From NCBI GenBank assembly GCA_030390025.1, contig CM059432.1, forward strand, positions 146,136,001 through 146,200,000: DNA of 64,000 bases, written 5' to 3'. The translations under genes and the position numbers were made by a program. Each line of letters opens with the position of its first letter. The stretch's first letter is position 1. Positions 38,458-51,395 of this stretch are shown in pieces. This DNA comes from Squalus acanthias (taxonomy: Eukaryota). The notes below the pieces were generated by a model. That model saw only the letters and a program-made list of their open reading frames with translations. It searched no databases and was not told where the DNA came from.

Positions 38458-39428
38458 AAGAACATAAGAAATAGGAGCGGGGTAGGCCATTTGGCCCTTC
38501 GAGCCTGCTCCGTCATTCAATAAGATCATGGCTGATCTTCTACCTCAACTCCACTTTCCTGCACTATCCCCATATCCTTTGATCCCCTTAATATTCAAAA
38601 ATCTATCGATCTCTGTCTTGAATATACTCAACGACTGAGCCTCCATAGCCCTCTGGGGTAGAGAATTCTAAAGATTCACCACCCTCTGAGTGAAGAAATT
38701 TCTCCTCATCTCAGTCCTAAATGGCCGACCCCTTATTCTGAGACTGTGACCCCTGGTTCTAGACTCCCCAGTCAGGGTAAACATCCTCCCTGCATCTACC
38801 CTGTCAAGACCGGTTAGAATTTTGTATGGTTCAATGAGATCACCTCTCATTCTTCTAAACTCTAGAGAATATAGGCCTAGTCTACTCAATCTGTCCTCAT
38901 AAGACAATCCCCCCATCCCAGGAACCAGTCTGGTGAACCTTCGTTGCACTCCCTCTATGGCAAGAATATCCTTCCTTAGGTAAGGAGACCAAAACTGTAC
39001 ACAATACTCCAGGTGTGGTCTCACCAGGGCCCTATATAATTGCAGTAAGATGTCTTTACTCTTATACTCAAATCCTCTTGTAATAAAGGCCAACATACCA
39101 TTTGCTTTCCTAATTGCTTGCTGTACCTGCATGTTAACTTTCAGTGATTCGTGTACAAGGACACCCAGGTCCCTCTGAACACCAACATTTCCCAATCTCT
39201 CACCATTTAAAAAATACTCTGCTTTTCTATTTTTCCTACCAAAGTAGATAACTTCACATTTCTCCACATTATATTCCATTTGCCATGTTGTTCCCACTCA
39301 CTTAGCCTGTCTATATCCCCTTGAAGCCTCTTTGCATCCTCCTCACAACTTACATTCCCACCCAGCTTTGTATCATCAGCAAATTTGGACATATTACATT
39401 TGGTCTCCTCATCCAAATCATTGATGTA
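38458..39428 (-). mobile_element. 5'-truncated CR1-type LINE
   Basis: [43 protein letters not shown]; 3' tail. Confidence 0.9.
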
Positions 39429-39759
39429 GCCCTCCCCTTACAAATTATCACTCGAGTTTGACACTTAAGTCACGTACCAATCACTTCAAATACTACAAGA
39501 CTACATTTTGCTTGACGCACCAACTAAGACAATTAATATAACATTTTACATTTTCCCGTTTCAGAGTTACAAATGCAGGAGTAGGCATGTGTTCCATAAA
39601 CTTTTCTTCTTCGACATGCATTCCGTATGTCAAACTCTTCCGCTCACATTGAAATATACATGAAATAGACAGCTGTGCAAACCGCGGTATTGAGAAATCC
39701 GGTAAATAAGTGACTGCCATGAATCAATGTGCCCACAAGAGCAATCTGTGCTCACATAC

Positions 39760-39799
39760 CAGTCGTTAATTTCTCAGGCCATCCGTTTCCCGGCTCCAT
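39760..39799 (-). CDS. RGS22: RGS22-like first coding exon: MEPGNGWPEKLTT(E)
   Basis: ATG...ACT G|gtatgt, phase 1, matching exon 2. PEKLTT resembles human MPEKRLTA as recalled. Lies in a non-repetitive, CpG-richer stretch. Confidence 0.65.
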
Positions 39800-40292
39800 T
39801 GGCAAAGTCCGTTTTCAGACAGAGTCAGTCAGGCAGCAGACAACCTTGTGGATCGAGATGGGAATCAGCAGTCGCGCCACCTTGTATCCCTGGCTGGGAA
39901 TTTCCTAGCCGACGATGTCAGTTTTTTGGGGGATATTGGTCGGCGCAGAACTTGAGCAAGTGGTGTGGTGCTTGGACCTGGGAAAGCAAATTAAAAACGG
40001 TTGCTTTGTGTCGTGTTGATTGCAGTTCTAGGTTGCTATGGAGGAGCAGAGAAGAGCTTTAGACGGTGTATTGAACAAGCAATACTCCCGCAGTCCATGT
40101 CCTTTCGCTTAGATACAAAACTTCTCTGGTTCTCGGCTTACTTGACTACTTTTAAGATATATTTGGGTCGGGCAAACGATTCAGAAACCCCCCCACCCCC
40201 ACAAATTTCTGCTACATGCCAGTGAATTCTGTGTTCGGGACGTCCGTCATCAGTATTGTCACCCCACTCCACTTCTTAACACTGTCGCTCAA

Positions 40293-40840
40293 AGTTCGGA
40301 CGAAAGATCATCGACCTGAAACGTGAACTCTGTCTGTCTCTCACTCTCTCTCCACAGACGCTGCCTGACCTCTTGAGTGTTCCCAGCATTTCATTTGTTT
40401 TCAGCTCAAGTGAAAGCAGCAGTTAGCAGACAGACGTCACAAAGCAGCACATCACAACCCAGCTTTCGCAGATCGTGCTCCACTGTTTTGGTTTAAAGAG
40501 AGGTGAGGGGGGGGGGGGGGAAATAACAAGTAGACATTTGTTCTCCAGTGAATCAAATCAGTTACAAAAGCAAAATGCTGCGGATGCTGGAAATCGGAAA
40601 TAAAAAGAGAAAATGCTGGAAATACTCAGCAGGTCAGGCAGCATCTGTGGAGAGAGAAACAGAGTTAACGTTTCAGGTGGATGACCTTTCGTCAGAACTG
40701 GAAAAAGCTGGAGATGGAACAGGTTTTTAAGCAAGCGCAGGGGCGGGGGGGGAGGGGAGGAAAGAACAAAAGGGAAGGTCTGAGATAGGATGGAAGGCAG
40801 GAGAGATTAAAAGACATTAAGAGATGGTGCAAGGCAAATC
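40293..40840. mobile_element. Two Penelope-like terminal fragments in inverted orientation (40293-40403 +, 40565-40840 -)
   Basis: Both match the 28515-28990 block. The + copy has a mutated hammerhead (CGGACGA...GTG). Confidence 0.65.
40663..40699 (-). ncRNA. Minimal hammerhead ribozyme motif
   Basis: AGTT-CTGACGA-A-AGGT-CATCC-ACCT-GAAAC-GTT-AACT. Confidence 0.6.
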
Positions 40841-40973
40841 AAATCCGTTAGACCATCCTAATTTATCCATCCAGAACAACCTTACAGTTCCCCCATTGCC
40901 ATGTCCAATTGTTCCTTAAATGTTTTTTGCCTCCAGTCTTATCTGTAAATCCATTCCATATATTCCATTCATT

Positions 40974-43376
40974 GGCCTGGAAATTTGCGACCGCCACAAA
41001 AGCTGCTGGTGCCACTGCGGCCGGGTGTTAGTGGCCGCCGCCAAATGGTGGCGCTGGCAGGACCGAAAATTTGGCGCTGGGGACATTAGCGCAGCGCTAA
41101 ACTCACCGTGCAACGCCGTCCTGGTGGCGTTGGTGCTGGAAGGAGGCCCCAATGTAGCGTGGCCCAAGCGTGGTTACAGCTAGAACAGTCTGCTCTGAAA
41201 ACGAAACTGTCATTTCAGAAAGCATTGTCGATCTCTCAAAGGGGCAATGCCTACAGAAATGAAAAAGATAAAAATGGTGCAAAAATAGGCAGTTTTTAGC
41301 CCTTACAGCTCAACTGCCTTCTGAAAAAAAAATGAACGTTAAAAAGAATTCCTGAATGGGAGTCTTCACCTCTTAAAGCTGAATTCCCTTTGCACCTAAA
41401 AAAAAGGGAAAAGTGCTTCAGCACTAACACAAATGGTTCAGCAAGCCAGGGAAGGGGCACCCAGGGTCTCGCACGCAGCACTCCAGCTTTGCGCAGGGGG
41501 TCAACACTGCAAGAGAGGGCCTCTACTCACAGGGGCCAGGAGGCCCTCCAGAAAGAACGATGTGGGACCAGATCACCGAGGCTGTCACTGCCAGCAGTGT
41601 CGCCCCCACCACCTGGCTCCAGTGCCCAAAGAAGCTTCATGACCTCAGACCAGTGGTCAAGGTCAGTGAATGCATCTTCAAAAGCCGTCTCCTACCAACC
41701 GCACTACTAGCAGCACTCACTTCTCAATGCACGACTCCTCTCCCACCCCTCACTCACCTACCAACAATGTGTACCAAGCATGAGACATACCTCCCATTCC
41801 TAGCTTCACCTCACCCCCTTGAAGGAGACGGTGCTGGCCATTCTAGGCGGGGCATGGCTGAGCCCTTGGATGTTGGTATCCTCATATCTTATCCTCCTTC
41901 TCACATGCACCTCTTGCTTTCCCACCCTTCCCTCACCACAACTCCACCGTTGTGCCTTCTTCATTTCACACACCCAAAAAATGCAGCCTCCCCAGCCAGT
42001 GGGTGACCAAGAAGAGGGAGAGGAGAGTGAAGAAGAAACGTCATCTTGGCCAATATTTATCCCACAATCAACATCACTAAAAACAGATTATCTGGTCATT
42101 AAGCATTACTGTTTGTGGGAGCTTGCTGTGCGCAAATTGGCTGCCGTGTTTCCTACATTACAACAGTGACTACACTTCAAAAATACTTCATTGGCTGTAA
42201 AGTGCTTTGGGACATCCTGAGGTCATGAAAGGCGCTATATAAATGTAAGTCTTTCCTTTTTCTTTTTGTTACTCGATTTCACACACCCAGCCACCAGCTC
42301 CTCAAGGTCGACCAGCAAGGCCATCTGCAGTGTCCCCCACTGAAGGTCAGCAGCCTTCAACCAGCCATGCTGCAGCCACTGGGGTAGCACTGCGTGACAT
42401 CAGTAGGATAGGCAAAGGCACACATAAGACAGTCACTAAGAGAATGCATAAGGGTGATGAGTTGATTCCTTGATGTCATATTGGATGGATAGATGTATAA
42501 AGTTGGATTGGAAAGTTTGCTTTGTGGTGGCTTTTATTTCAGCAGTGGCCAGGAGAACGCTTGATGGTCAGTAACAGAGGGAAGGGAAGGCGTGGGACAA
42601 ATGTTGAAAGGGGAATTGGGGTTGTGGTCACTGGTACCGCAGGTGGATGATTCCATCCCGGATATCCTGGCCAGAAAGGGGCTGTCTGGGTTGCATCCTT
42701 CCTTCTGCTTCCTCCACTTCTGCGTCTTCCTCTTTTGCGTCTTCCTCTTCCCTCTGCAAGCGGATGCTGTAAATCTGAAATGACAGCAGAAAATGCTGGA
42801 AATACTCAGCAGATCAGGCAGCATCTTGACCCGAGGCGTGAACTCTGTTTCTCTCTCCACAGATGCTGCCTGACCTACTGAGTATTGGCAGCATTTTCTG
42901 TCTTTTCAGAGGCCTTCGTTTACCATCTGAGGCCTTGCAAGCACCCAGCAGCACTCCTTGCACACTTAAAAAACTTTTAACATATATAGCAACAAGCTAC
43001 TACTTCAATAAAATCAAAAACATCCAGTCCAAATGCTTAAATGCAAACTTACCTGAAAGATGCGTGTGTCCCTTTAAAGGGTGCTGACAGTGCCTCTGTG
43101 AGTCTGCTGAACACTGTGCATTCATGGCCAGCTTAGGACCCAGCGCTGAACTCAGCGCGTCCAAGTTTGCCGAGATGACGTTAAGTCAGCGTTGCACAGC
43201 GACTGACGTCACTTCTCCCTCATTTAAATCTGCAGGGCCATCGATCTTACTGGCAGCGCTGCCGGGCCTCGGAAAATGGTGGATGCCGCGGGACCCGCCA
43301 CCAGCTGGCGAAAGAGCGGCGGCCGGCCTCTTTTTGACGGTAACGGGTGGCGTAAAGCCCCCGAATTTTTAGCCCC
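40974..43376. mobile_element. Degenerate Harbinger deletion derivative carrying nested DeuSINE (42045-42265) and Penelope (42760-42910) fragments
   Basis: TIR-like GGCCTGGAAATT / AATTTTTAGCCCC; putative TSD ATT. Myb remnant MWDQITEAVTASSV. Same family as 787-2455. Confidence 0.7.
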
Positions 43377-44370
43377 ATTTTCCTTAATACCCTTGGCCAA
43401 CAAAAATCTAGCGATCTCAGATTTAAAATGATTAATTGAGCGAGCATCTACTGCTTTTAGTGGGAGAGAGTTCCACACTTCTACCACCCTTTGCGTGAAG
43501 CGTTTCCTAACTTCTCTCCTGAATGGCCTCAGTCTGATTTTAAGGTTATCACCCCTTGTCCTAGACTCCCCCACCAGCGGAAAAAGTTTCCCTCTATCTA
43601 CCTATCAATTCCTTTCAAAATCTAAAAACCTCTATCAAATCACCTCTTAACCTTCTATATTCCAGGGAATACAAGCCCAGTTTATGTAATCTCTCTTTAT
43701 AATCTAACCCTTGGAGCCCTGGTAACATTCTGGTGAATCTGGGCTGCACTCCTTCCAAGGTCAATTTATCTTTTCCAAGTTGCGGTCCCCAGAACTGTAC
43801 ACAGTACTCCAGATGTGGTCTAACCGGGGATTTGTATAGCTGTAGCAAAACTTCCTCCCCTTTATATTCTCGCCCTCTCACTATAAAGTCTAACATTCCA
43901 TTAGACATTTTGATTATCTTTTGTACCTCACTACTACATTTTAGTGATCTGTGTACATGGATGCTAAAACTCTTTGGTCCGCCACTGTACCTAGCTTTTC
44001 ACCATTTAAAAAATACTCAGATCTATCCTTTTTGGTCCAAAATGGATGACCTCATACTGAGCTGTGCTGAAATCCATCTGCCACAGTTTTTTCCATAGAC
44101 AGACTGGTGGAATGGGAAGACACATGGCAGATGCATTTTAACGCAGAGAAGTGTGAAGTGATGTATTTTGGTAAGATGACTGAGGAGAGGCAATATAGAC
44201 GAAATGGTATGATTTTAAACGCAAGAACAGAGTGACCTGGGGGTGTACATATACAAATCTTTGAAGGTGGCAGGACAAATTGAGAAGGCCGTTAAAAAAG
44301 CATAAGGGATCCTTGGCTTTATAAACTGTGGCATACAGTACAAAAGCAAGGAAGTTATGCTAAACCTTAT
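43377..44370. mobile_element. Two CR1 RT fragments in opposite orientation (43377-44090 -, 44096-44370 +)
   Basis: [14 protein letters not shown]...LRGDLIEVF on -; RLVEWEDTWQMHFNAEKCEVMYFG on +. Confidence 0.8.
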
Positions 44371-45432
44371 AACTTACTACTTAGGCAAGCTCCAAAAACA
44401 GATTCAATAAAGTGCTCCAAAAATTTCCAAAGAAATTCCAAGCATGTTCTATTAAATTTCCAGTAACTCCCAAAAAACTGTATCAAAAAGTTACCAATCA
44501 GCTCCAGAAAAGTGTTTCTTTAAATTTTACAAAGATAGTGCCCAAAAAAGTATTCCAAAGAATGTTTTGAACAAGGTGTTTAAGAAAACAATCCAAAAAG
44601 TTTGCCACAAGAAATCCTAAATGTTAAAAAGATTCAAATTTGCAAAATTTCCAAGCATTCCAAAAAGTGTTCTAAAAGAACCTAACAAGTTCGAAAACTG
44701 TTGCAAGTAATTGGCAGTAATTTCCATGGGGATTCTCTCACTCCAGAAACCCCAGAAAAACAGCCATTTATGCCATTTCACTGGGGTTACTGCTGATCGT
44801 CTGCTGAAGCTGCGGCAGGTCAGGGAATCCTCCGCCCCCACAGAAATCCTACCCCAATGATCTTGTATGGTAAAAAAAAAGTGTTCCAATTAATTGGTTT
44901 TCTAAAAAAGCATAAAAAAAGAACTGCTCTAAAAATAATGGCCAATAAGTTCCGAATGAGGATTCCAGGGATGTGTTGCAAATGGAGTTCTTAAAAATAA
45001 GTCTGATTAAAAACTGCAAGATCAATTTTTTTAAATGTCTAAAAATGGTCCTACAATATCACATGGGACACTTCAAAGTCACTGTTTTTGCAGTCTGCCA
45101 TGTATATGTGCCTTTCACAATTACACAATTCAGAAAGAATGCCCTTCCTTTCCTCTTCATAGGAATGTGTCTAGGTTGTACCAATAATAACTCCCATTGC
45201 TCATTTACTGTTTTACCAGTCAACCTGGGCCAGATCCCTTTTCAACTCACTGAAATTAGCCTTCTTCCGGCTGAGTATTTTCACCATTGATTTATCCTTG
45301 TCCTTTTCCATAACTACTCTAAACCTAAGGACATTGTGATCACTGTTTCCCAAAATGCTCTCCCACTGAAACATGCTCCACTTGCCTTACTTCATTCCTC
45401 AGAACTAGATCCAGCACTGGGCTGGAAATACA

Positions 45433-46610
45433 GGGCTGAATTTTAAAGGGGAAGGCGGGTTGGGGTGGAGGCTCCGAGGTGGTCGGGAAACCCGGGAGAG
45501 CTGGTTTTCCACAGGCCCAGCTGAATTAAACAGTAGGGCCTGATATGATTGGTAAGCCTGTTTCCCACCCGGAGCCAGCCAGATTGAGAGGCTGGCTGGC
45601 TCCGGGCGGGTAGGCCTGCGGCACTTGGCCGCACGGAGAAGGGAAGGAGGGATCACATGGGGGCCGGAAGCGGCTGGAGGACAGGGGCGGGGGGTCTGAA
45701 AAGATCGCAGTCCGGCCGGAGGGTGTGGTCCAGAACATCGGGATCGGGGGCCGGATGGGACAAGCACGGGGGGGGGGGGGGGGAGGGAGGATTGGGGGCC
45801 GGGAGCAGCACATGGGGGGTTTGAAGGGATCGGGGGGGCCGGAGGAGCAGCACCGGGCAGGGGGGGGTCAGAAGGAATCGGGGGCATGAGGAGTAGCACG
45901 GGGGGGAAGGAGGCAGAGGAGCAGAGGGGGAGGCCCCTTGGGGGGATCGGAGGCTTGGGTGTGGGGGGGGGGGGAGGCCTGGATGGGGGAATCGGAGGCC
46001 TGGTGGGGTGAAATCAGAGTGCTGGAGGGGATAGCGGGAGGGCTGGGGAGGGGAGAGGGGGTGGAAATCAGAGGCCTGGGGTGGGGGGGGGGGGGAGGCC
46101 TGGGCGGGGGGAATCGGATGCCTGGGATGGTGGTGGTGGGGGAATCGGAGACCTCGGGGGGGGGGGGAAATCGGAGACCTGGGGTTGGGGGGGGAGGCCT
46201 GGGCGGGGAGGGAAGCGTATGCCTGGGGTGGGGGAGGGGGGGAAATCGGAGACATGGGGAGGGGGGTCTCCGATCACGCGGGGTAGGTTAGGTATGGACT
46301 CTGGATTCAGGAGTTAATTGTAAAGGATGCAGCAGTCCTCGCTTTGCTTTAGCTGGCGGGTTTCACGAGGTGTACAAAACCCAACCAGCTAAAGTTAAAT
46401 ACAAAAAAGAGGTTAAAGAAAAGGTTTCCCGCCTCATTATAATATTTAAATAGATGACCCGCCTCCTGGCAGCGGATTGGCTGCCCACCCCGTCCCACCT
46501 CTGTTAAAACCGGAAGTTGGCAGGTTGGAGGCGGGTTCAGGTCGGGATTAACACTTTTAATGCATTAATTACCCGCACGCCCCAACCCACCCGTTTTTTA
46601 AAGTTAAAAC
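45433..46610. mobile_element. Harbinger-like non-autonomous element with a poly-G-rich low-complexity interior
   Basis: Starts GGGCTGAATTTTAA. Right end resembles 15900-16128. Interior has repeated GGGGGAAATCGGAG motifs. Confidence 0.55.
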
Positions 46611-46619
46611 TAAGATAGT

Positions 46620-48457
46620 TCTCTTGCTCACATTTCAGGAATTCCTCCCTCTCCTTGCCCTTTACACTGTTTTTTCCCCAGTCTAAGTTAAGATAATTGA
46701 AGACCCCATTATAACTACTCTACTGCTTTTACACCTTTCTGAAATCTGTCTGCAAAATTGCTCCTCCACCTCCTTCCCACTATTCGGTGTCCTTAAGTAC
46801 AAACCCAGCAACATAACAGCTCCTCTTCTGCTCCTTAACTCTAACCAAATAGATTCTGTCTCAAACCACAAACACATCATCCCTTACATATTTTAATCTT
46901 ATTAATCCCTTATTTTTGATTAATACTGTCAACCCCTCCTTTTGTTCCTTCCCTATTTCTCCTGAATACATTGTAGCCAGTAATATTAAGTCCCTATTCC
47001 TCCCCTTGTTTGAGCCAGGTCTCCATTATTGCCACTATATCACAATCCCATGTGGCAATTTGTGCCTGCAGCTCACCAACCTTATTTGTCACTCTCCATG
47101 CATTTATGCACATGCACTCCAAAACCGTCTGAGTCTGCCTTGCATTTCCCCTGACTGATCCCTCCTAGTTCTGAACTACTCTTTCTTCTAATGCTGCTTG
47201 TCTCTCCCAGTCCCCTGTGCATCTTGTTTCTCCTCTCTGATGCTTCATTCTGGTTCCCCTCCTCCTGCCACAATAGGTTGAACCCTCCCCAACAGCACTA
47301 GTTAACCTCCCTGCAAGTACAGCTGGAGTACTGCGTACAGTTTTGGTCACCACATTACAGGAAAGATGTGATTGCACTAGAGAGGGTGCAGAAGAGATTT
47401 ACAAGGATGTTGCCAGGACTGGAGAATTTTAGCTATGAGGAAAGATTAGATAGGCTGGCATTGTTTTCTTTGGAAGAGGAGGCTGAAAGGAGACCTAATT
47501 GAGGTTTATAAAATTATGAGGGGCCGAGATAGAGTGGATAGGATGGACCTATTTCCGATAGCAGAGAGGTCACTAACCAGGGGCATAACTTTAAAGTAAT
47601 TGGTAGAAGATTAGAGGGGAGTTGAGGAGAACTTTTTTCACCCAAAGGGTGGTGGGGGTCTGGAACTCACTACCTAAAAGGGTGGCAGAGACAGATCCCT
47701 CATCACATTTAAAAAGTACTCGGATATGCACTTGAAGTGCCGTAACCTACAAGGCTTTGGACCAAGACTTGGAAAGTGGGATTAGGCTGGATAGCTCTTT
47801 TTTGGCCGGCACAGACACGATGAATGGCCTCATTCTGCGCCGTAAATTTCTATGATTCTATGATACATCGGTCCCAGCCCTGTTCAGGTGCAACCCATCC
47901 ACCTTGTACAGGTCCCTCCTGCCCCAGAATTGGTCCCAATGTCCCAGGAATCTGAAGCCCGCTCTCCTGCACTATTTCTCCAGCCACGTATTAACCTGCT
48001 TTATCTTGTTATTCCTATACTCACAGGTTGCATAGGCTAGGCTGGTATTCCCTTGGGTATAAAAGATTAACGGGTGATATAAGTGAGGTGTTTAAGATGA
48101 TTAAAGGATTTGATAGGGTAGATAGAGAAAACCTATTTGCTCTGGTGAGGGGGCATCCAGAGCAAGGGGCATAACCTTAAAATTAGAGCTAGGCAATTCA
48201 GGGGTGCTGTCAGGAAGCACTTCTTCACACAAAGGGTAGTGGAAATCTGGAAAACTCTCTCCCAGAAAGCTGTTGAAGCTGGGGGTCAAATGAAAATTTC
48301 AAAACTGAGATTGATAGATTTTTGTTAGGCAAGGGCATTAAGGGTTACGGAGCAAAGGTGGGTAAATGGAGTTAAGATACAGATCAGCCATGATCTAATT
48401 AAATGGCGGAAGAGGCTCGAAGGGCTGAATATCCTACTCCTGTTCCTATGTTCTTAT
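46620..48457. mobile_element. Nested CR1 fragments: 5'/endonuclease region on - with 3'-end copies on + (about 47315-47862 and 48025-48457)
   Basis: ESIWLELRS...LLGLYLRTPNSG on -; LEYCVQFWSPH and 3' tails on +. Confidence 0.75.
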
Positions 48458-48459
48458 GT

Positions 48460-49200
48460 CTGTGCCCTATTTCCTGGCAGCAGCCATGATGCCTTCATCC
48501 TGCACCAGTCCACTGCTGCAGCACTATTCTAACCAGACCATCAGGTCACCGGCTGGCCACTTAGCAACAAAGGATATCAGCAGGTGCCTCTCCCATGGAG
48601 CCAAGGCTACTCTCCTGGGGCTGCGCCTCAACACGCCGATGGCTCTGCATGAGAACAAAGTGCAGAACTGATGTGACGCTCTGGAATCCTGTCAATGCTG
48701 GCTCCCAGTCTGAGATTCCATAGCAGCAGTGTGAGCGGCCATGGAAACCATCAGAGCTATCACCAAAGGCTCGGTCATGGTGGGGTCTTGAAATTTTCAG
48801 CACCTGAAATGAAAGAAAGGGTTAGTTTTCAGTGTCAAGGGTAAGTAACAAGAGATGACTGGCTGCTGAAAGCGGCTGCAGTTTGTCATGCAGAGTGCAT
48901 GACGTGAGATGGAAGTGAGAAGGGAAAAAGAGGGTAAGGTGTGAAGAAACTCTTCAGCATGTCTTCGCTAGCATTTCCTCTTGCCATGGCCAATTCTAAC
49001 CCCCTGCCCATCAGATTGAGGACCTGCTCCTCCAGTGGGGAAAGGATGTGTAGGTGGCTTCGACCTCCTCCGGTCATCGTCTGTGCTCTCAGATTGTGTG
49101 TGACCTTGTCCTGCAAGAAAGGAGTGTGTTAGTGTTAGCCTTGTGAGCTGTTTTGAGAATGTCATGGTCAGATAGCGTGCATATTGTGCGCAACATGTGA
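48460..49200 (-). mobile_element. Harbinger Myb-like gene remnant
   Basis: DKVTHNLRAQTMTGGGRSHLHILSPLEEQVL resembles Myb exon 2 of the 20449 element. Confidence 0.5.
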
Positions 49201-49463
49201 GGTGTTGGGAAGTGAGTTAGCGGCCGTGCCTTCAGTTGTCTAGGCCCCACACTGTGGCATTCCTTCCATAAACCTCTCCACCTCCTTCTCCTCCTTTAAC
49301 GCCCTCCTTACAATCCAACTCTTTGACCAAGCTTTTGGTCACTGCTCCTAATATCTCCTTTGTCTCAGCGAAGCATTTTGAGATGTTTTACTCTGTCAAA
49401 GTTGTAGATTTTCTGTGTGTGCTGTTCATCGGGTATTGAGTGTGACCAGTGGCAAACACATGA

Positions 49464-50169
49464 GGGTAGAGTTTTGCGCCCAGATTCCAGCACAATCAGC
49501 TGAACCAGCGCAAAAGATCGGGGAATTTTAAACGTAAGTGAGTTACACCCAAAAACACTTACATTCATGTTTTCCGTGATCTTTTACAGTGGTTCAAGCT
49601 TCAATTTGCCTGAATCAGTCTCAGCCCACAAACTGGCCATGCCTCCAGGTCGAAATTGCGAGATTGCGGCAATTGCGCTGGTTCGAGAAGGCTTTTGAAA
49701 TTGTGCTCGTTTTCTTCGGCGCACAGGCACTATTAGGCATGTTTTTAAAGATTTTTCATATCAAAAGATATTTAATTTACTAAGAAACCAACTAGTGTAC
49801 ACCAATGAAACTATTAAATGGTTCAGTATTTTTTTTTAAGTCATTTTCAGTGATTTTAAATCAGGTTACTCACAGGTGGAGGACTGGACACTCTTACTAA
49901 AAATGCTTATTTTTGGTGATAAACCCATTTTCAGCTGTATTAATAAAACCGCGCCAGGTTACCGCTCTTAAATACATCAAGGAATACTTTTTAATGGAAA
50001 GAAAAAAAAGAAACAATTACGTTCTATTCTGCTGCCCGATCGCGCTGGTTTACAGAAGATTTCACATATGTGATTATGCAAATATATTTTTGTGGCAACT
50101 TGAACTGTAACCTAACCAGCGCAATTTGGCCGCAATTTCCCAATTGTGCCCAAAGCAGAAAGTCTACCA
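49464..50169. mobile_element. Harbinger-type MITE
   Basis: TIRs GGGTAGAGTTT / AAAGTCTACCA; TSD TGA. Confidence 0.55.
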
Positions 50170-50739
50170 TGAGATGTTATTTCCTATACAATTGCACCTG
50201 TTCTCAGTTGTAAATTACTTTAAAAAATGATACTTAATTTTTACTGGTCTTATTCAGTGTTGAAATTTGTGCTGTGTAAAAGCTTGTTAATAAGTCTCAA
50301 AGTGCACAACACTACTTTTTTGTGAGTTACAATATGGAATCTGGAGACAAAATCTAGTCACACCGAAAGCAGCTTGTAGTGTAAAACCCATCGCAGACAA
50401 GAAAGTGAAGGAAAAAGAGCACAGGGAGAGACAAACATAAATCTGTAAAAAAAATAGAAGTCTACAGAAATCATTGAGAAAAGAGGCAAATCAGAAAAAC
50501 AAAAATTTACTGTTAGAAACATTGTAAAGTGTAAAAAGGATTTATGAGATATTGGCGTTCAAATTACACTGTGCAATTTTATATACACAACTTTCACATA
50601 ACAGGCCTTCTACGATAAATAGACTTTAAATAAACAAACTGACCTGTGCGAGAGCGGGGCATCGCAAGAGAGACCTGGTGAGTATTTAAAAGGAGTGATG
50701 GAGCATCTGACAAGTGATGCCACATACAAGACAATGGGA

Positions 50740-51395
50740 CCAATGTCCTCGCGGGGAGGTTAACTAGTGCTGTGGGGGAGGGAACAGGATAAAGCATCAG
50801 AGAGGAGAAACAAGGTCCATAGTGGACTGGGAGAGACAAACCACATTAGAACAAAGAGTAGTCCAGAAATAGGAGAGATGAGACAGCAGAGGAATGCAAG
50901 GCAGACTAAGGCAGGTTTGGAGTGCGTGTGCATATTTATGCAGTGCGTGACAAATAAGGTTGTTGAGCTGCAGTCACAAGAGATGAGCGGTTTCAGTTAT
51001 CTAAAGAGAATAGAGAAGGTGGGATTCATCTCCTTAGAACAGATTTAATACCGGTCTTCAAAATTATGAGGGGTTTTGTTAGCGTAGATAAGGAGAAACT
51101 GTTTCCACTGGCAAGTGGGCTGGTAACCAAAGGACACAGATTGAAGATAATTGGCAAAAGATCCAGAGGCGACATGAGAAAACATTCTTTTTTACACAGT
51201 GAGTTGTTATGATCTGGAATGCAATGCCTGAAAGGGTGGTTGAAGTAGATTCAGTAATACCTTTCAAAAGGGAATTGGATATATACTTAAAAAGGAAAAA
51301 AATTGCAGGGCTTTGGGGAAAGAGCAAGGGAATGGGACTAATTGGTAGCTCTTTCAGAGCCAGCATAGGCAGGATGGACCAAATGGCCTCCTATG
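50740..51395 (+). mobile_element. Deleted CR1-type LINE fragments
   Basis: IWNAMPERVVEVDSVIPFKRELDIYL. 5' part matches 47100-47320. Confidence 0.75.

Noticed and set aside
44390..45030. A-rich stretch with recurring TTCCAAA-like words
   Set aside because: No stable period or ORF; treated as decayed low-complexity sequence.
45405..46317. Proline- or glycine-rich ORFs up to 200 aa
   Set aside because: Low-complexity poly-G/C interior of a non-autonomous transposon.
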